64,000 nucleotides of DNA, from assembly GCA_050613775.1 (NCBI GenBank), contig JBODTK010000136.1, positions 124,001 through 188,000 on the forward strand. The letters are read 5' to 3'. Positions 10,476-23,695 of this stretch are shown in pieces; within the stretch, counting starts at the first letter, position 1; each line of letters starts with the position of its first letter. Below the pieces are notes generated by a model, which saw only the letters and a list, made by a program, of their open reading frames with translations, was not told the DNA's origin and ran no database searches. This DNA comes from Neocallimastix sp. 'constans' (Eukaryota). The position numbers and the translations under genes are program-made.

Positions 10476-13237
10476 ATGAAATAATTGATAAAATTGTTAA
10501 TTCATTACCATCTAATGTTCAAAAAGAAGTTAAAGAAATGTTTCAAAAATTTATTAATATATTAGCTTTAAAAACCGACGAATTGGGAAAATCAAAGTTA
10601 TTCCCACATAAAATAAATTTATTACCTGGGTCAAGACCCATAAAACAAAGAGCCTATCGATTAACCAAAAATCAAACAATAGCTTTAAAGAAAATATTGA
10701 AGAAACTAATTAGAGACTGGCTTATCGAACCATCCTCTTCCCAATGGTCTTCACCTATTGTTTTAGTCCCAAAAAAGAATAAAGATTGGAGGTTATGTGT
10801 AGATTATCGGAAATTAAATGATTTAACTATAAAAGATTCGTATTCTTTACCTCTTATTGACGATATTCTATCATTAGCTGGTGATAACATAAAAATTCTA
10901 TCCACTATTGATTTGTACTCTGGGTATCACCAGATTCCCATGGATACAGCCGATAAGGATAAAACCGCTTTTACAACTATGTTTGGCAACTACAACTTCC
11001 GTGTAATGCCTTTTGGACTTTGCAATGCCCCCGCCACTTTTCAAAGAGAGATGAATCGTATCTTCTTCGATTTAATAGGAGACTGCATGTTCGTGTATAT
11101 TGATGATCTAATTATATTTTCAAAGTCTTTAGATGAACATATTTGTCACTTACATAAGGTATTTACAATTTTACAAGAAAATGAATTAAAAATAAATTTA
11201 GAAAAATGTTCTTTCTTTAAAACTGAAGTCAAAATCTTAGGGCATTTGCTTTCGACAAAAGGATTATCTCCTTTAAATGACAAGGTAAAGGTTATATCAC
11301 AATGGCTACCTCCGAAGAATTTGAAACAGGTAAGGTCGTTTTTAGGAGCAGTTTCGTATTATAGAAAATTTATTAAAAATTTCGCCATGATTGCAAAGCC
11401 TTTATATCAACTATTGAAGAAAGACGCACCTTTTTGTTGGACTGAAGATTGCACTAATTCATTTCATTTATTAAAGAATAAGCTAATTGAAGCACCTATT
11501 TTAACAGCTCCTAATTATTCAAAACCGTTTATTATTAGAACTGACGCTTCTCGTGATGGTCTAGGAGGTGTATTGTTACAAAAGAACCAAGATGGTATAG
11601 AAGTCCCAATTTACTTTGAAAGTCGTACCTTATCCAACTCAGAACTTAACTATAGCATAACAGATCTTGAAGGAAAAGCAGTTTATCACTGTGTTCAAAA
11701 GTTTAAACCATATATTTCTGGAAGCCCGTTTAATACAATGGTTTATACTGATCATAAACCACTTGTATATATATTTGCTAAGAGAGAACCAACCAACAGC
11801 CGTCACTTGAAATGGATTACTGAACTCAGTATTTTAAATGTTCAAGTAGCATATGAAGAAGGCAAAAATAATTTTGTTGCTGATGCACTATCAAGAATGG
11901 TAGCAGTTAATAATGATGATAATAATAATATTAATAATAATGATTTAATTATGAATAATATTTCTTCTTACAAACCTGCTTCGGATCAACCTGTAGAAAC
12001 TATTAATATAATTACTACTAATAATAATTTACCTTCTAATGTTGTTGCGGATTCAGACTCTGATACTATTAACACATATATGAGAGAATTTATTAAAAAG
12101 AAAATTATTAATATAAATGGTATTGAGTATTATAAACAAGGTGGTAAGCTCAGAAGGATTATTAAAGATAAAACTGAACAAATAAAACTTATTAATGCAG
12201 CACATAACATAGGACATGAAGGAATTTATAAGACTTATTATCGTTTAATGAGAGACTATTACTGGATGAACATGAAACAAGATATAACTAACTTCATTAA
12301 ATGTTGTCATAAGTGTCAAACTTGTCGACGACAACCACTTAACCACTACACTGAAAATATTGCGACACCACCAGGATATCCATTCTCCAGAGTTGGATTA
12401 GATCTGGTTGGGCCCCTTCCTCTCACCAAAAACGGAAATAAATATATAATTGTACTTGTAGACTATTTTACAAAGTGGACTGAAGCTGAGCCACTTAAAT
12501 CTACTGAATCCGAAGACGTTATTAGGTTTTTAAAGTCGGTATTCTCGCGTCATGGAATTCCTGAAGTTTTGGTTACGGATAATGGTCCACAATTCGTATC
12601 GGATAGGACAAAAGCATTTTTGGATTTGCATGATGTATATGTGCAATACATTGCAACATATCATCCTGCCTCAAACGGGGAGGTGGAAAACCGCAACCGT
12701 GAGATCTGTAAATACCTTAGACTACTGGGTGAGAACGATAAACAATGGGATGAAACACTATATAGCGCGTTATGGGCACTAAGAACGAGCAAAAGCGAAG
12801 TTACGAAACACAGTAGTTTCGAATTATTGTATGGCCGTAGAGATCTTCAGCCTTTTGAATTATCTTTGAATATAGACCGGAGAAACGAATTCGAAAACGA
12901 AGAAGAATATATATTAAGGAAGTTCATTACCCATGATAGATGGATCCGGGAAGCTATTAGAAACATTGAGACCGCGAATAAACTTTGGATGGACAGAAGA
13001 AAACAAATTAGACGTTTAAAGAGCAATTATAAACCTGGTGACTTGGTACTAGTGAAGGTGTTTAACAGAAGAAAACTCGACCCATTCTTTACAGGTCCTT
13101 TGAAGATTATAAAACAAGAATTAAACACTGTATCCGTTTGTGACCCAATTACAGGAGAAGTTGCTGATAGAAACATCCATTTGAAGAACATTATTCCATA
13201 CTTCACGGAAATAAATATAGAAGATGATGAAGAATAA
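10476..13237 (+). CDS. pol: Element C Pol remnant (RT, RNase H, integrase), 5'-truncated and fused to LTR sequence
   Basis: YIDD, RTDAS, HHCC, DDE, FTGPLKI; the first ~25 codons of the ORF-track call are LTR sequence. Confidence 0.9.
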
Positions 13238-13396
13238 AATATATAACGTATAAATATATATATATATTTTATAAATCATTATTAATTAGTTATTAAAAAA
13301 AATAAAATTTATTAAAAAAAAAAAAAAAAAAATTTATGAAAGTAACTAAATTTTGGTGACTTCAAGGGACGAAGTCTAATTTCAGTGGGGGCATTT

Positions 13397-13902
13397 TGAT
13401 ACGGTACCACCATAAATACCATAATTTAATGAAACTTAGGTTAGGAATTATTTGATAAAATCTTATTGGTTAATAATAATTTAGTAATATTATATATAGT
13501 TAGTAAATAATAATAATTTAAAGAATGGTTCTTTTATTAATATTAATTTAGTTTATTAATAATTTAACCTATAAACATGTTTATTAGTATAGTTTAGTGT
13601 AGTTTTATATTTAGTTTACATTAATAATATGAGAGATTTTAGTAATTAATTATATTTTATTGAATGATTTAATTATATTTTAACTAATTAACAACTATTT
13701 ATATTGATGATGTATTTTTATTGATGAATGATAATAAATAAATAAAATAAATAAACTAAATATTAAAGTGTGAATATTATTATTGTGTGTATTATTCTAT
13801 ATAATATTAGAATATATTATTTTGTCAATTATTCCCTACTGTTATCGTCCAAATAAAATAAAATAAATATTGATATTGATGTTTAATAAAAATATCGTAT
13901 CA
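13397..13902 (+). repeat. 3' LTR of element C (506 bp)
   Basis: Repeats 10014-10475 plus 44 bp; 7-bp terminal inverted repeat; preceded by GTGGGGGCATTT. Confidence 0.93.
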
Positions 13903-14646
13903 ATTGTGTTACGGTACAATTAAATAAAGAAAAATTAAACTATTTAAAGAAAATATTTGTTGAAATTATAACTGAATTGAAATCTCAATTTCAGTTATTC
14001 ACATTTCAATATACATTTAATTAATAATTAATATAAATTCTTATTTAGTATTTAAAGAATTATCTTAGGCCTAATAATTCTGAAAATATTAATAAATAAG
14101 ATTTATATTAATAATTTCAATTATTTACATATGACGTCACATGTATTTATTTATATTATGTTTATATATATGTTTATATCATATATATTAATTACTATTT
14201 TTAATTATTCAAATTAATTATACAAATTAAATTTATTTAATTATATTAAATATTTTAAACATATCGATATTGTTATTATTTTAATATTTTATTAATATTC
14301 ATTTTACTATATTATTATTATCTTATAATTAAATACTATTATTATGTAACTTACAAAGTATAAAAGAAAGATGTAAAAATCTATCTTTTATGTTCTTTGT
14401 AAGGTTATTGTATTTACAATAATTATATACTAATAATTCAATAAATAAATATTTTCATAAATCCTTCAAAGAAATTATTATTTAAAATATTCTTAGATAT
14501 TAAGTGTTTAAATAACTTAACTATTTATCTTATATTATTTTTATATTATTATTAATTAATTATTGTTGGATTATTAATATATAATTCAACATATTAACCT
14601 AGTAACGTTATTAATCATAAAACTATTTTATATCTTAATTTTAACA

Positions 14647-14656
14647 ATAACCTTAC
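14647..14656 (+). promoter_or_regulatory. Self-priming PBS of E
   Basis: ATAACCTTAC directly after the LTR is complementary to GTAAGGTTAT at 14399-14408, downstream of TATAAAAG 14359-14366. Confidence 0.75.
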
Positions 14657-14680
14657 CCTAGTTTTGGTTACTACTTTAAT

Positions 14681-15757
14681 ATGTCTTTTTACAATAATGT
14701 AAGGGCTGACATTGCTCCAATGTCAGAAGTTAATAAATTAAGGTCTGACGCCCAAGTTACTGTATCCGAATTGGCTTCTTCTGTTAATGATAGTTTTTTA
14801 TTAAAAGAAGATTTTAATGAATATAACAAGGACTTACAAAAAAAACTTTATACACTTTACAAAGATAATAAAAATATTATTAATCAATTATCTAATTTAA
14901 CAAAAATTTTAGATGAAAAGTTAAATATAAATATTGCTACAAATGATATTCCTTCTACTAGTCGAACACAAGAGGATAATGTATCTACCATTACTAGACG
15001 TGATGATGACAATGATGTTATTATGAGGAATGCTTTTTCAAACCGTTTACAACAAGTTCCTGAACCTGGATTTTTCTCTGGAGATACTAAAGAAACTGAT
15101 CTATTCTGTCAACTTTGTGAAGATACCTTTAAAACATATCCAAATTCAGAAGCTACAGAAGATATCAAAATTAACTTTATTAAATCCCGTTTAAGAGATG
15201 GCGCTCGTAATTGGTATCTAGCTACGTACAAGGATACTAACCCAAAAACTCTTCCTGAATTGACTACTGAATTAAGAAAAGCATTTTCCAATGTTGCAAG
15301 CAAAAAATTAGCTAAGATTCAATTAATAAAATTTAAACATAACTATGGGAAAATAAATGATTATATTGAACAATTTAGAACTCTTTCGAATGGTCTTGGA
15401 TTCAGTGAAGAAGCCTTAGTTTTAATTTTCTATAATGGGTTACATTCAAAATTCCAAGAAGTAATTGAAGAAATGGAAGAATTCCCTGTTGATCTTGGTA
15501 CTATTTATACTAAATGTATTTTACTTGAAAATACATTAAAAACAAAAAATCAAATAAAATCAAATAATGGTAATTCAAAACTTTCTAGAAGCAGTAATAA
15601 TAAACATTCAAAACACGCTAGTACCCATATTAATCATGATAAAAATTATAATTCTAATAACAATTATAATAACAAAAGTAATTATAATAATAATTACAAT
15701 AATAACAATTATAATAGTAATAAAACTAGTAGCAATAATAATAAAACAAAAAACTAA
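14681..15757 (+). CDS. gag: Element E Gag (Ty3/Tf-type capsid)
   Basis: PEPGFFSG, LRDGARNWY, DYIEQFR, FYNGL motifs; ends at A AAA AAC TAA. Confidence 0.9.
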   Translation: MSFYNNVRADIAPMSEVNKLRSDAQVTVSELASSVNDSFLLKEDFNEYNKDLQKKLYTLYKDNKNIINQLSNLTKILDEKLNINIATNDIPSTSRTQEDNVSTITRRDDDNDVIMRNAFSNRLQQVPEPGFFSGDTKETDLFCQLCEDTFKTYPNSEATEDIKINFIKSRLRDGARNWYLATYKDTNPKTLPELTTELRKAFSNVASKKLAKIQLIKFKHNYGKINDYIEQFRTLSNGLGFSEEALVLIFYNGLHSKFQEVIEEMEEFPVDLGTIYTKCILLENTLKTKNQIKSNNGNSKLSRSSNNKHSKHASTHINHDKNYNSNNNYNNKSNYNNNYNNNNYNSNKTSSNNNKTKN

Positions 15758-15841
15758 ACAATGGACTTCAACAGAAGTCCAATATAATAAAAAACACAAG
15801 AATTCTTCATTATAATTTTCCTACATTTAATAATGTAGTAA

Positions 15842-18800
15842 ATAAAAAAATTACCTTCAACTTTCCTTTTATTTGATACATATATTCCAACATCATTTTC
15901 AAATAATATAAAAAATATTAAAAATGATAATAATAAATTAAAAACTGAATCTATGTTAGATTCAGGCTCCTTCTGTAATTTTATTACAGAAGATTTAGTA
16001 AAAACTTTAAACTTGAAAAAATATAATTTAAAATCAAAAATTTTAGTCAAAGGAATTTCTGGTGATACAACCCAGATAAAGAATTATGTTTGGCTAAAAT
16101 TTCAAATTAAAATTAATGAAAATAAAAAAGTTTATTTTAAAAATTTTAAAGAAAAATTTTTAATTTCGAATTGTATTCCAACAAAATTACTTTTTGGAAA
16201 TCAATTTATGAGGAAGTTTCATATTCATTACGATTATAATAAAAACTTCCTATATTCTTATTTAGATTCTCACTTTTATAACAAAATTAATAAAAATGCT
16301 AATAAAAATCCACAATATTATTCTCGGTTTAATTCAGTGATAAAAAGATTTTTAAAAAATTATTTTTTAAAACATAAATTCATAAAAAAATTTAATTATA
16401 CAAAAAATTCAAAAAATTTCAAAAATTTTAATCAAAATAAATTAAATTTTAAACTTAATAAATATAAAAAATTTCTTCATAAAAAATTTAATTTTTTAAC
16501 CAATAAAATATTTTTTAAATTAAAAAACAATCACCAAAATAAAAAATATAAAATTAATAATAAATTTAACTATAATTATTTAATTTATTCATTTTTAACA
16601 AATAAAGAAAATTATGAAGAAGATATTGAAGATATAAAAATCGAAAATATTCCGCTTCAATATCGAGATTTGGCTGTTGTATTTAGTAAGAAAGAAGCAG
16701 ATAAACTACCGCCACATCGTTAAACTGACTGTAAAATAGTTTTAGAAAAGGATGCTTCTCTTCATTATGGACCTATCTACCCATTATCTGAAGAAGAAAA
16801 TAAAGTTTTAAAAGAATATATAGAAGAAAATTTAAAGAAGGGATTTATTAGACCTTCTGAATCTCCAGCTGGTTATCCTGTCTTATTTCAAAAAAAGAAA
16901 GATGGTTCTTTAAGATTGTGTGTGGATTACAAAAAGTTAAACGCTGTTACCATTAGAAATTCATATCCTCTTCCACTTATTAATGATATCATTGAAAAGG
17001 TTAAAAGTGCAAAATATTTCACAAAATTAGATCTAAGATCTGCCTATAACCTAATTCGTATAAAAGAGGGGGATGAATATAAAACAGCTTTTCGAACTAA
17101 ATATGGTCATTACGAATATCTCGTAATGCCTTTTGGGTTGAAAAATGCCCCAGCCACTTTCCAATCATTTATTAATTCTGTACTCAGACCTTATTTGGAA
17201 AAAAGTGTTATTTTATATTTGGATGATATTTTAATTTATTCTGAGGATTTGGAAGAACATCACAAACAAGTAAGAAGTGTATTACAAACTTTAATTAATA
17301 ATAATTTATACGCAAAATTAGAAAAATGTGAATTCGATAAAGAAAAAGTTGAATTCCTAGGTTACATTTTATCTGGTGATGGTGTATCTACTGACCCAAA
17401 GAAAATTAAATCTATAGAAGAGTGGCCAACTCCGAAAAATATTAAAGAAGTACAACGATTTTTAGGCTTATGTAATTACTATAGGAGATTTGTAAAAAAT
17501 TTTGCAAAAATAGCTAAGCCTCTCCATAATTTAACAAGAAAAAATACAAAATTTATTTGGGATACAAATTGTGAAAATTCATTTAAAATATTAAAAAGTA
17601 AATTAACTACTTCTCCAGTACTGCATCACCCAGATGTAACTAAACCATTCATAGTAGAATGTGATGCAAGTAACTATGCTATAGGTGCTGTTTTATCTCA
17701 GAAAGATGAAAATAATAAATTACATCCTGTTGCTTACTTTTCAAGAAGTTTACAAGGCTCCGAAATAAATTATACCATTACAGAAAAAGAGTTATTAGCT
17801 ATTAGAGATTCTTTCTTAACTTGGCGACATCTTTTACTTGGTGCAAAACATAAAATTACTGTCTATACTGACCATAGAAATTTAATCTATACTTTAGGAG
17901 GAAAAGTTGGTAATCAAAGACAGCATAGATGGCACTTATTCTTTCAGGAATATGATTTCCAACTTATATATAGACAAGGAACTAAAAATGGGAAACCAGA
18001 TAGTCTTTCAAGAAGACCTGACTATATGAAGAATAACGAAGATATTAAACCAGAAAATATATTAGATATTAAAAATGTAAAAGAAGTTCCCTGTTTTATA
18101 GGAATTATGAGTAATTTACTAGAAAAAATTATTGATGCTATTAAAGAAGATGCTACTGCTGAAGATATTAAATTATACTTTAGTGAAAACAATATTAAAA
18201 ATAATTATGCTTATAAACCATTTAGGAAAATGGAAAGATTTAAAATAAAAGATAATATTATATTATATAACAATTTAATTTATATTCCTGAATCACTTAG
18301 ATTAGAAATTTTAGAAAAATATCATGAAAAACCCACTTCTGGACATCTTGGTATAAGAAGAACTTTAGAATTAATTACAAGAAACTTTTGGTGGCCAAAA
18401 ATACATGAAGATGTTACAAGTTATGTTAATTCTTGTGAATGTTGTGCAAGAAACAAGGTTAATAGACATAGAAAATATGGTCTTTTACAACCTTTAGATA
18501 CTCCTGATAGACCTTGGAAGTCTATCGAAATTGATTTTCTATGTGGTCTTCCTTATTCTAAAGGATACACCGTTATTATGGTAGTTGTTGATCGTTTCTC
18601 TAAGATGATTCATTTAATTCCGTTTAAACAAATACCTGATGCCAAACAAACTGCCAAAGCTTTCATTACAAATATATTTAAACTACACGGATTGCCTTGT
18701 GATATGTATACAGATAGAGGATCTCAATTTACAAGTGCTCTTTGGAAAGAAGTAATGGAATATTTAAACATTAAATCAAAAATCGCTACAACTGACCATC

Positions 18801-19585
18801 ATGAAACAGTTGGTCAAGTTGAAAGGTGTAATTCTTTTATTGAACAATATTTAAGAGCTTACTCAAGATCATATTATCATGATGATTGGATTGAATGGAT
18901 TCACCTTGCTGAATTTGTTTATAATAACTCCATTAATGAATCTACAAAAGAAACACCCTTCTTTATTAATTATGGTTTTCATCCATCTATGGATGAATTT
19001 TTCTTATTACCTGATATTGATACTAATAATAAAATTATTAAGGACTTAAGCATGAACTTTAATCATATTAAAGATGTTTTATTAAGGTCAAAAGAACTAT
19101 ATAAAATACACGCAGATAAAAAGAGAATGCCACCTCCAATATTTAAAGAAAATGATTTAGTTTGGATACAAGCTCCTCCATCACTAAATATCGAAGATAG
19201 TTCAAAGTTAGCTCCTTGTAAATATGGACCATATAAAGTAATAGATGTTCTGAATAATCATAATTATAAAATAGATATTAAAAGGTCACCTTTTCCAAAA
19301 CATCATCCTATATTCCATGTTTCGGAGTTAGAACCTTTTATTCCAACACCTCAAAAGTTTTTAAAAAGAAGAACTCATGATGAATCTGTTAATGATATAA
19401 TTGAAATCTCAGGATTTAGAACTAATTATAAAAAGAATCAATATGAATACAGAATCAGGTATAAATATAGAACTGCTTACAATTGGGTTCCTTCAGACGA
19501 AGTTGAAAATAACCCCCGAAATCAAAATATTTATTTACAATATTTACAAAATGGAAGAAAACCTATTTCAATAGCTTATAACTAA
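15842..19585 (+). pseudogene. pol: Element E Pol (PR-RT-RH-IN-chromodomain) with in-frame stop at 16721-16723
   Basis: LDSGS, YLDD, ECDAS, HHCC, YGPY, C-terminal YEYRIRYK..NWVP chromo-like; ORFs 15953 and 16916 share a frame separated by one TAA. Confidence 0.88.
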
Positions 19586-21683
19586 AATGATAATAATAAT
19601 ATTATTATAAAAAAAAAAAAAAAAAAAAAAAAATTGGAAATTTTATTTTTTATTATTATTAATTCGTTTTTAAATTTTATTTTATTATTATCAATTTTTC
19701 AGTCAAATTTCAATTTCAAAATTTCGAAATTTTCAAAATTTTCAAAATTCAAAAACATAGCTATGTTACACTTACAACTATCAATTTATAATCAAATTTT
19801 ATTCATAAATTCATTAATTATTATAATTTTCAATTTTTTTAAAGTTAATGCATAAAATTAAAAAGTTAATTGAAATTAAAATTTCAAAATTTCAATTTCA
19901 AAAATTTTTAATCAAAAACATTTAAAAATGGTACCATCATATTCTTAAACATCAATTTTTATAACAAAATTTTAATTTTATTAAATTTTAGAAATTTCAA
20001 AATTTCAATGAAATGGTCACTTATAAAGGGTTTCCTTTTAAAATTTAAAAGGACTCAAGTGGCCTTCCTCCTTTATAAATTAAAAAAATTTTAATTTAAG
20101 AAATTTCAAAAAATTTTTAACAAAAAATTTAGTCCTCCTTATCGTTACACAAAAATCGTCTTGAATCCGATTTTTATAGGAGGGCATTGTTGAAATTATA
20201 ACTGAATTGAAATCTCAATTTCAGTTATTCACATTTCAATATACATTTAATTAATAATTAATATAAATTCTTATTTAGTATTTAAAGAATTATCTTAGGC
20301 CTAATAATTCTGAAAATATTAATAAATAAGATTTATATTAATAATTTCAATTATTTACATATGACGTCACATGTATTTATTTATATTATGTTTATATATA
20401 TGTTTATATCATATATATTAATTACTATTTTTAATTATTCAAATTAATTATACAAATTAAATTTATTTAATTATATTAAATATTTTAAACATATCGATAT
20501 TGTTATTATTTTAATATTTTATTAATATTCATTTTACTATATTATTATTATCTTATAATTAAATACTATTATTATGTAACTTACAAAGTATAAAAGAAAG
20601 ATGTAAAAATCTATCTTTTATGTTCTTTGTAAGGTTATTGTATTTACAATAATTATATACTAATAATTCAATAAATAAATATTTTCATAAATCCTTCAAA
20701 GAAATTATTATTTAAAATATTCTTAGATATTAAGTGTTTAAATAACTTAACTATTTATCTTATATTATTTTTATATTATTATTAATTAATTATTGTTGGA
20801 TTATTAATATATAATTCAACATATTAACCTAGTAACGTTATTAATCATAAAACTATTTTATATCTTAATTTTAACAATATTAAAGTAAAAAATATCATTA
20901 ACAATTATAAATAAATAATAAAAAATTGAATATTAAAATATTAGTTATAGAATATTATAAAGTTAAATAAAAATAATTAGATGTATTAAAAAATCATGTA
21001 TTAATTATATTATTTAATATTGTAAAATTTTTATATTATATTTTAATAATTTAGAAAATTTAAGCTTATTATATTTTTATTACTATATTTTTATTATTAA
21101 ATTTTTATTATTAAATTTTTATTATTAATTTTTTTATTTTTATTTTTAATCCAATCAAATAAATATTTTATTAGTATAAAAAAGAACAAAGTAACACAAT
21201 ACTTTTGTTCTCTCCCTTTTTTTCTTACGACTTTATTATTATATTATTTTTTTAATATTTTCTAAAAGTTAAATAATAAATTAAATAGTTTAAAATAAAT
21301 TAAAATTTATTAAATAGTTTTTTCTAAATTTAATGTTTTAAAAGTGTTTAATTAATAGTTTTTTGTGTTTAGTGTATAATATTAAGATAAGTATAGTATA
21401 AAATTAGTTTAGTAATAGATTAGTTGTATTAAACATTTTATAGAAATAGTAATAGATTTAGAGAAATTGTTTAGTTTAGATTAGAATAGTTTAGATTAAG
21501 ATATTAGTTTAAGTTATTTTAACTTAGTTTAGATTCTTTTAGATTAGGATAGTTTAGACTAAAATTAGAGTAGTTTATTAATTAATTTAGGTTTAGAATT
21601 AGAGAATAATATTTTAAATTTTTCCTTATTATTAGAATATATTATTTTATTAATAAAATCTTCAGATCTTGTACCATAAAATT

Positions 21684-21700
21684 TGGCGAGCTATGCAGGA
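21684..21700 (+). promoter_or_regulatory. Primer-binding site of D, tRNA-Arg-like
   Basis: TGGCGAGCTATGCAGGA 7 nt after the LTR; resembles the TGGCGAGCC-type tRNA-Arg PBS. Confidence 0.75.
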
Positions 21701-21758
21701 CCTGAAGAGATAAAATAATATGAAAATAATAATTTGAGAAAATTTTAATAATTAATAA

Positions 21759-21805
<47 letters not shown>

Positions 21806-21905
21806 AATTTAATCAATAAATAAATAATAAATAAATAATTAAATAAATAATAAGATAAATAAAATAAATAAATAAATAAATAAAATAATAATAATAAATA
21901 AATAA

Positions 21906-21960
<55 letters not shown>

Positions 21961-22004
21961 TTATTCTAAAATATTATTAATAGTAGTTATAAAAAATTAA
22001 TAAT

Positions 22005-22043
<39 letters not shown>

Positions 22044-22088
22044 TTATTTTTACTTTTTTGAGAATATTAAAATCAAAAAGTATAATAA

Positions 22089-22324
22089 TTCATATACAGT
22101 GTTTAAACCGTAAGAAAATTAATTAATAATAAGTTAGGGTGATTCCAATTTATTATTAATTAAGGTTTTTAATCGATCTCGTGAGTGCGTGAATACGTCC
22201 CAAAGTAATAATTATACTCCCCACGGCACTTTCCGTAGTTTATCAACTATCCGAGTGTTGTCAGGGTTTTTGGACAAGATCGAGCACTGGAACAATAATG
22301 AACTTATATCACCGAAGGTATAAG
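22089..22324 (+). ncRNA. Putative structured cis-RNA in the D leader (homolog in B)
   Basis: Same motifs and pairings as 8697-8913 on the minus strand. Confidence 0.7.
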
Positions 22325-22699
22325 GTTTTCTTTTTTAGAATTATTATATTAATATAAAATAAAGTCGCGTCAACAATAAATAAATCGAAATATTCAGCAA
22401 AAATTTTTTCAGTTTATTAGCAATTAAAATTTCAATTCAGTAATAGTTTAATTTTTCAATATTTAGTTATTTCAAAATTTAGTTTAATTAAGATATAAAT
22501 TTTTTTTTTAATCATTCATCCATCCATCAACTTAATAAAAATATACAATTAAAAGAATATATTAATTCATCAATTTAATAAATAAAACAATTAATAATAA
22601 TAAAAATAATAAAAATAAATTTATATAAGACATTTATCTCCTCATTCATCCATCAATTCATCAATTAAATTTTAAAAGCATTAGATTTTTTTTATCAAA

Positions 22700-23695
22700 A
22701 TGAAAATTTTAGAATTGGAAAGGCTATTACCCAGACTTAACGAAAGCGCAAGGGATGTCGATTCATGGATCGATGAATTTTCAAGAATAATGGCACTGGC
22801 AGATATCACCAATCCAAGAAGCATTCTTACCTGGGCAATGGAGTGTGTAGAAGGAAAGTTGAGGGGCACTTTACAAGAACTACATACAATAGATGAGGAA
22901 GGTAATGAACATTTTCCATCAATGAGAGAAATAAAAGAAGCAATTGAAAATTCATTAGAAGTAACTCCACAAGAGAAATGTAAAAGACTACAACGAATGA
23001 AAATTCAAAGAGGAGAAAGCATAAAAAACTTTAATTGGAGATATAGGAAAATTTATAACAGTCTACCAAAATTGTACCAAACATTTATAACAATAGAAGA
23101 TTATGCTGATTCGATTATCTACCGTCCTTATGCTAGATCACAAGTAATAACACAACGATGTATAGATCTTGAAGATGCTTTTGAAGAAGCAGAGTTAGCT
23201 GAAAGAGCTGAAGAAGGAGGAAATCTTAGAAATGAAACCGTGATGATGACAGTATTTAATTCTCAACCATTCTATTACCGAAGTAACACTCATCCATTTA
23301 AGCAATTCAATTCTCCAAGTTATAATTATAATTATAATGGAAGACAATTTTACATTAAGAAAACTCCTCGAAATTATACAAATTATAATGAAAATAGAGA
23401 ATTTACAACTAATAATTTTAATACTAAATTCAATTCTAAAAATGAAATTATGCAAAGTAATAATTTAGAAAATACCACACAAAATATTAAAGATAGTAAA
23501 ATAAGAAATAACTTGGTAAATAATGAAATCAAACAAGCCAGAAATACATTTAATTCTGAGAAATCCCATATTATTTGTTACCGTTGTGGACAACAAGGAC
23601 ACATTTATAAACTATGTCCTTATTCCTTTAAAGAATTTGCTAAACTAAGAAATCAAAATAATACAATAAATTCAAACAATCATTTAAACTTCTAA
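22700..23695 (+). CDS. gag: Element D Gag with CCHC knuckle
   Basis: CYRCGQQGHIYKLC; ends HLNF over T TTA AAC. Confidence 0.93.
   Translation: MKILELERLLPRLNESARDVDSWIDEFSRIMALADITNPRSILTWAMECVEGKLRGTLQELHTIDEEGNEHFPSMREIKEAIENSLEVTPQEKCKRLQRMKIQRGESIKNFNWRYRKIYNSLPKLYQTFITIEDYADSIIYRPYARSQVITQRCIDLEDAFEEAELAERAEEGGNLRNETVMMTVFNSQPFYYRSNTHPFKQFNSPSYNYNYNGRQFYIKKTPRNYTNYNENREFTTNNFNTKFNSKNEIMQSNNLENTTQNIKDSKIRNNLVNNEIKQARNTFNSEKSHIICYRCGQQGHIYKLCPYSFKEFAKLRNQNNTINSNNHLNF

Larger units (their letters stand above)
10014..13902 (+). mobile_element. Gypsy element C, internally deleted (lacks 5' LTR end, PBS, gag, protease)
   Basis: 5' LTR remnant 10014-10475, full 3' LTR 13397-13902 (TGATACG...CGTATCA), ATTG on both sides. 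Confidence 0.93.
13958..20876 (+). mobile_element. Tf1/Tf2-like chromovirus element E nested in D's 5' LTR
   Basis: 689-bp LTRs 13958-14646 and 20188-20876; 5-bp TSD ATATT (13953-13957, 20877-20881); PPT AGGAGGG. Confidence 0.96.

Noticed and set aside
21656..21665. AAATCTTCAG in D U5 is the reverse complement of part of the repeated 16-mer site
   Set aside because: Only 10 nt in AT-rich DNA, and it can be explained by pairing with CTGAAGA after D's PBS
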